This document shows, piece after piece, positions 62,160 to 64,000 of a stretch of DNA of 64,000 nucleotides (its first letter is position 1; each line of letters starts with the position of its first letter). A program made the translations under genes and the position numbers. Origin of the DNA: a virus; the IMG/VR virus record IMGVR_UViG_3300031992_000005, positions 160,001 to 224,000 of that record, one strand, 5' to 3'. A model generated the notes under the pieces. The model was not told the DNA's origin, did no database searches, and worked only from the letters and a program-made list of their open reading frames with translations.

Positions 62160-64000
62160 ATGTCAAAATATGTTAGTAATTGGTCATCCCCACCATATAT
62201 GATATTTCCATTTTTGTTCCGAATTGGAGCAGGAATTAAGCAATTTTTGACAGGGCTATGTGAGGGAATCGTATGAAAACTTGATGACCAGCGTTTACTT
62301 GATTTTTTGAGTACTTCGTATGGAGTAAAATTCTTCTTTACTGCTCCTGGTTCATCCGGATCTGCATCTCTAATTGGAATATGATGCTCATCTTCAATTA
62401 CCCATTTTGCCCTCTTATTAAACATTCCATCTGGACCTACATACACACTTAACATTTTCGCATGTTTCTTATATATGAGGTAGTTGAGTGTGAATTTTCT
62501 CATAAAGTAGAAATCATTACTGAGATCTACCTCAGGATCAAATGGGCTTTCATAATTTAAGTAATCACCCTGATACTCTGGAAAAAGTTGTGTTTGTGTG
62601 TTAAATCCAAGAAAATCTGTCCAAATTTCCTTTACTTTATCTGCGGTTTGATATAAAACTGTCTCTACACCTTTCACACTAACTTTTTTTCCAAGTTTAG
62701 GGCTACCATAAAATTCGAATGCTAGGTCAAATACTTTCTTCGGGTATAATGGGCTTTCGTATTCGCCATTACTGTCATAATACTTTTTCCATTCATCTAA
62801 CATTTCTTGATAACCTTCATCTATATCAGTAATACCTCTACTTGAATAGAATTTTGTTGTCTCAGGTAACTGCTGGATACTTTCTGACATGGCAGCTAAG
62901 AAAGCAGTTTTTCCTTTAAGTCCAGGAATGATAGGATTAACCATCATATCATATACGATTTTATCATTCTGTTCTGGACTAAGACACATGAAATAATTAT
63001 CAGATAGAAACTTAGAATACTCCAAGAGATCCATTTTCTTACCAAAGATATATATTTTCTCTGGGATATTATGAATATCCTTAAGCTGTTTTTTATTTAT
63101 TTTTTCCAGCTCAGTATATATCTTTCGATAATACATGTATTTCTCAAGTTCTATATGCTTCTTATTAATCTTTCCCTCTGAATCAAATTTAAGACTATCA
63201 ATTCCGAAGAGATGTATTGTTTTTTCTGCCAGGACCCCTAAGAATTTCTTTTTCCTAATAATACCTTCGTCGATCTTACCCTTTAACTTAACTTCGCTTG
63301 CAGCTTGTCTAACAAAATCTACGAATTTTTCTCCAAAGTCCTGTCCATATTTCATAACAAGTCCTCCCTCATTTAATCCAGTTTCTGTTGAATCTAGGTA
63401 ATCGAGATTACTTGTTAAGATATATTTTAAGATTTCAATTATATTACCTTGAAAAAAGTTTCCTTCTTCCAATAGTTTTACAGCAATTGGCTTATATCTC
63501 TTTATATTAGTAGCCAAGGATTGATGTTTTTGCATCTTTATCCAACAAAGAGCTCTAGTTGCCCAAGTACTAGACCAAGCCATCATCTCCTTACAATACT
63601 TTTCAAATCTAAGTCTGAATGGCTCATCTATATAGTGGCCATGTGACATAAGTCTTGCGCCAAGTCTCAGGTTATCTAAGAAAACGTTGAAACACTCTTC
63701 TGTATACTCAGACTTTTTCTTAAGATAAATCATAAGAGTATAGAATGAGTCAAGGCAGCAATACTTTCCTAAGATTTCACTTGGGATAGGCATGAATTGA
63801 TTTCCCCAATACTCTAAGATCAGTTCCTTAAATTCATCTTCATATCCAGGATATCTCTTACAAATTTCTCCCCATTCAGGAGTATTTGTAAAGTTTTCTG
63901 GGGTTACTTTTAATTCTAGGTGAATGTCCTTCTTAAGTTTACCAACTTCCTCCAATAGCATGTGTTCAATTAAGTCACTAAGTCTATCGAAGTCAGAATC
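62160..64000 (-). CDS. polA: family-A DNA polymerase, upstream exon (5' end outside window)
   Basis: The frame is open to the window edge (DSDFDRLSDLIEHMLLEEV...). It ends ...GGDDQLLTYFD(I) at the start of motif A. Confidence 0.75.

Noticed and set aside
1-64000. Inteins or split genes as the explanation for the interrupted nrdD, beta-prime and polA reading frames
   Set aside because: The interruptions contain stop codons in the host frame and carry group I signatures (U.G P1, Q and S elements, terminal G). They also lack intein blocks (no Cys/Ser-start ... HN-Cys/Ser/Thr end in frame).
1-64000. Alternative genetic code (stop-codon recoding), as seen in some large gut phages
   Set aside because: Long genes such as 13149..16310, 25021..28620 and 62160..64000 are fully open in the standard code. 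Gene tiling leaves no unexplained gaps apart from introns and RNA regions. No suppressor tRNA anticodon (CTA, TTA or TCA) was found.

Overview
AT-rich, tightly packed segment of a large, apparently virulent dsDNA phage: there is no integrase and no rRNA. BspA-type LRR proteins and OmpA-like and Stealth-like genes hint at a Bacteroidota-type host (low confidence). On the + strand, 1-41.7 kb carries nrdD/nrdG, an intact TnpB-like RNA-guided nuclease gene and a phage multisubunit RNA polymerase module (beta-prime-like and beta-like). It also holds a 2H phosphoesterase, a methyltransferase plus DUF262/HNH nuclease operon, OmpA-like and Stealth-like genes, three LRR fibre-like proteins and a lysozyme. 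About 45 small ORFs follow, including a 7-gene tandem family of 2-TM miniproteins. From 42 to 64 kb the strand blocks alternate. This part has six tRNAs plus one aberrant tRNA-like gene, mostly as single promoter-terminator cassettes, and a family-A DNA polymerase on the - strand. Main observations: (1) Eleven group I(-like) introns interrupt three essential genes (4 in nrdD, 2 in the beta-prime gene, 5 in polA). Three carry homing endonuclease genes of three different families. PolA motif A appears to be assembled through inferred 15-nt and 14-nt micro-exons. Intron sequence families are shared between genes. (2) A phage-specific promoter-like consensus (C-run, then AATGCCTTATATATA) precedes most genes and tRNAs in 29-58 kb. 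(3) Two arrays of ORF-less mini-cassettes (promoter, 25-60 nt AT-rich unique segment, conserved covarying hairpin plus U-tract) lie at 29.6-30.0 kb and 56.9-58.5 kb. (4) There are several candidate structured ncRNAs and one heptamer-repeat element. All splice junctions, RNA elements and protein families were called by eye from motifs. None was verified by search or folding software.
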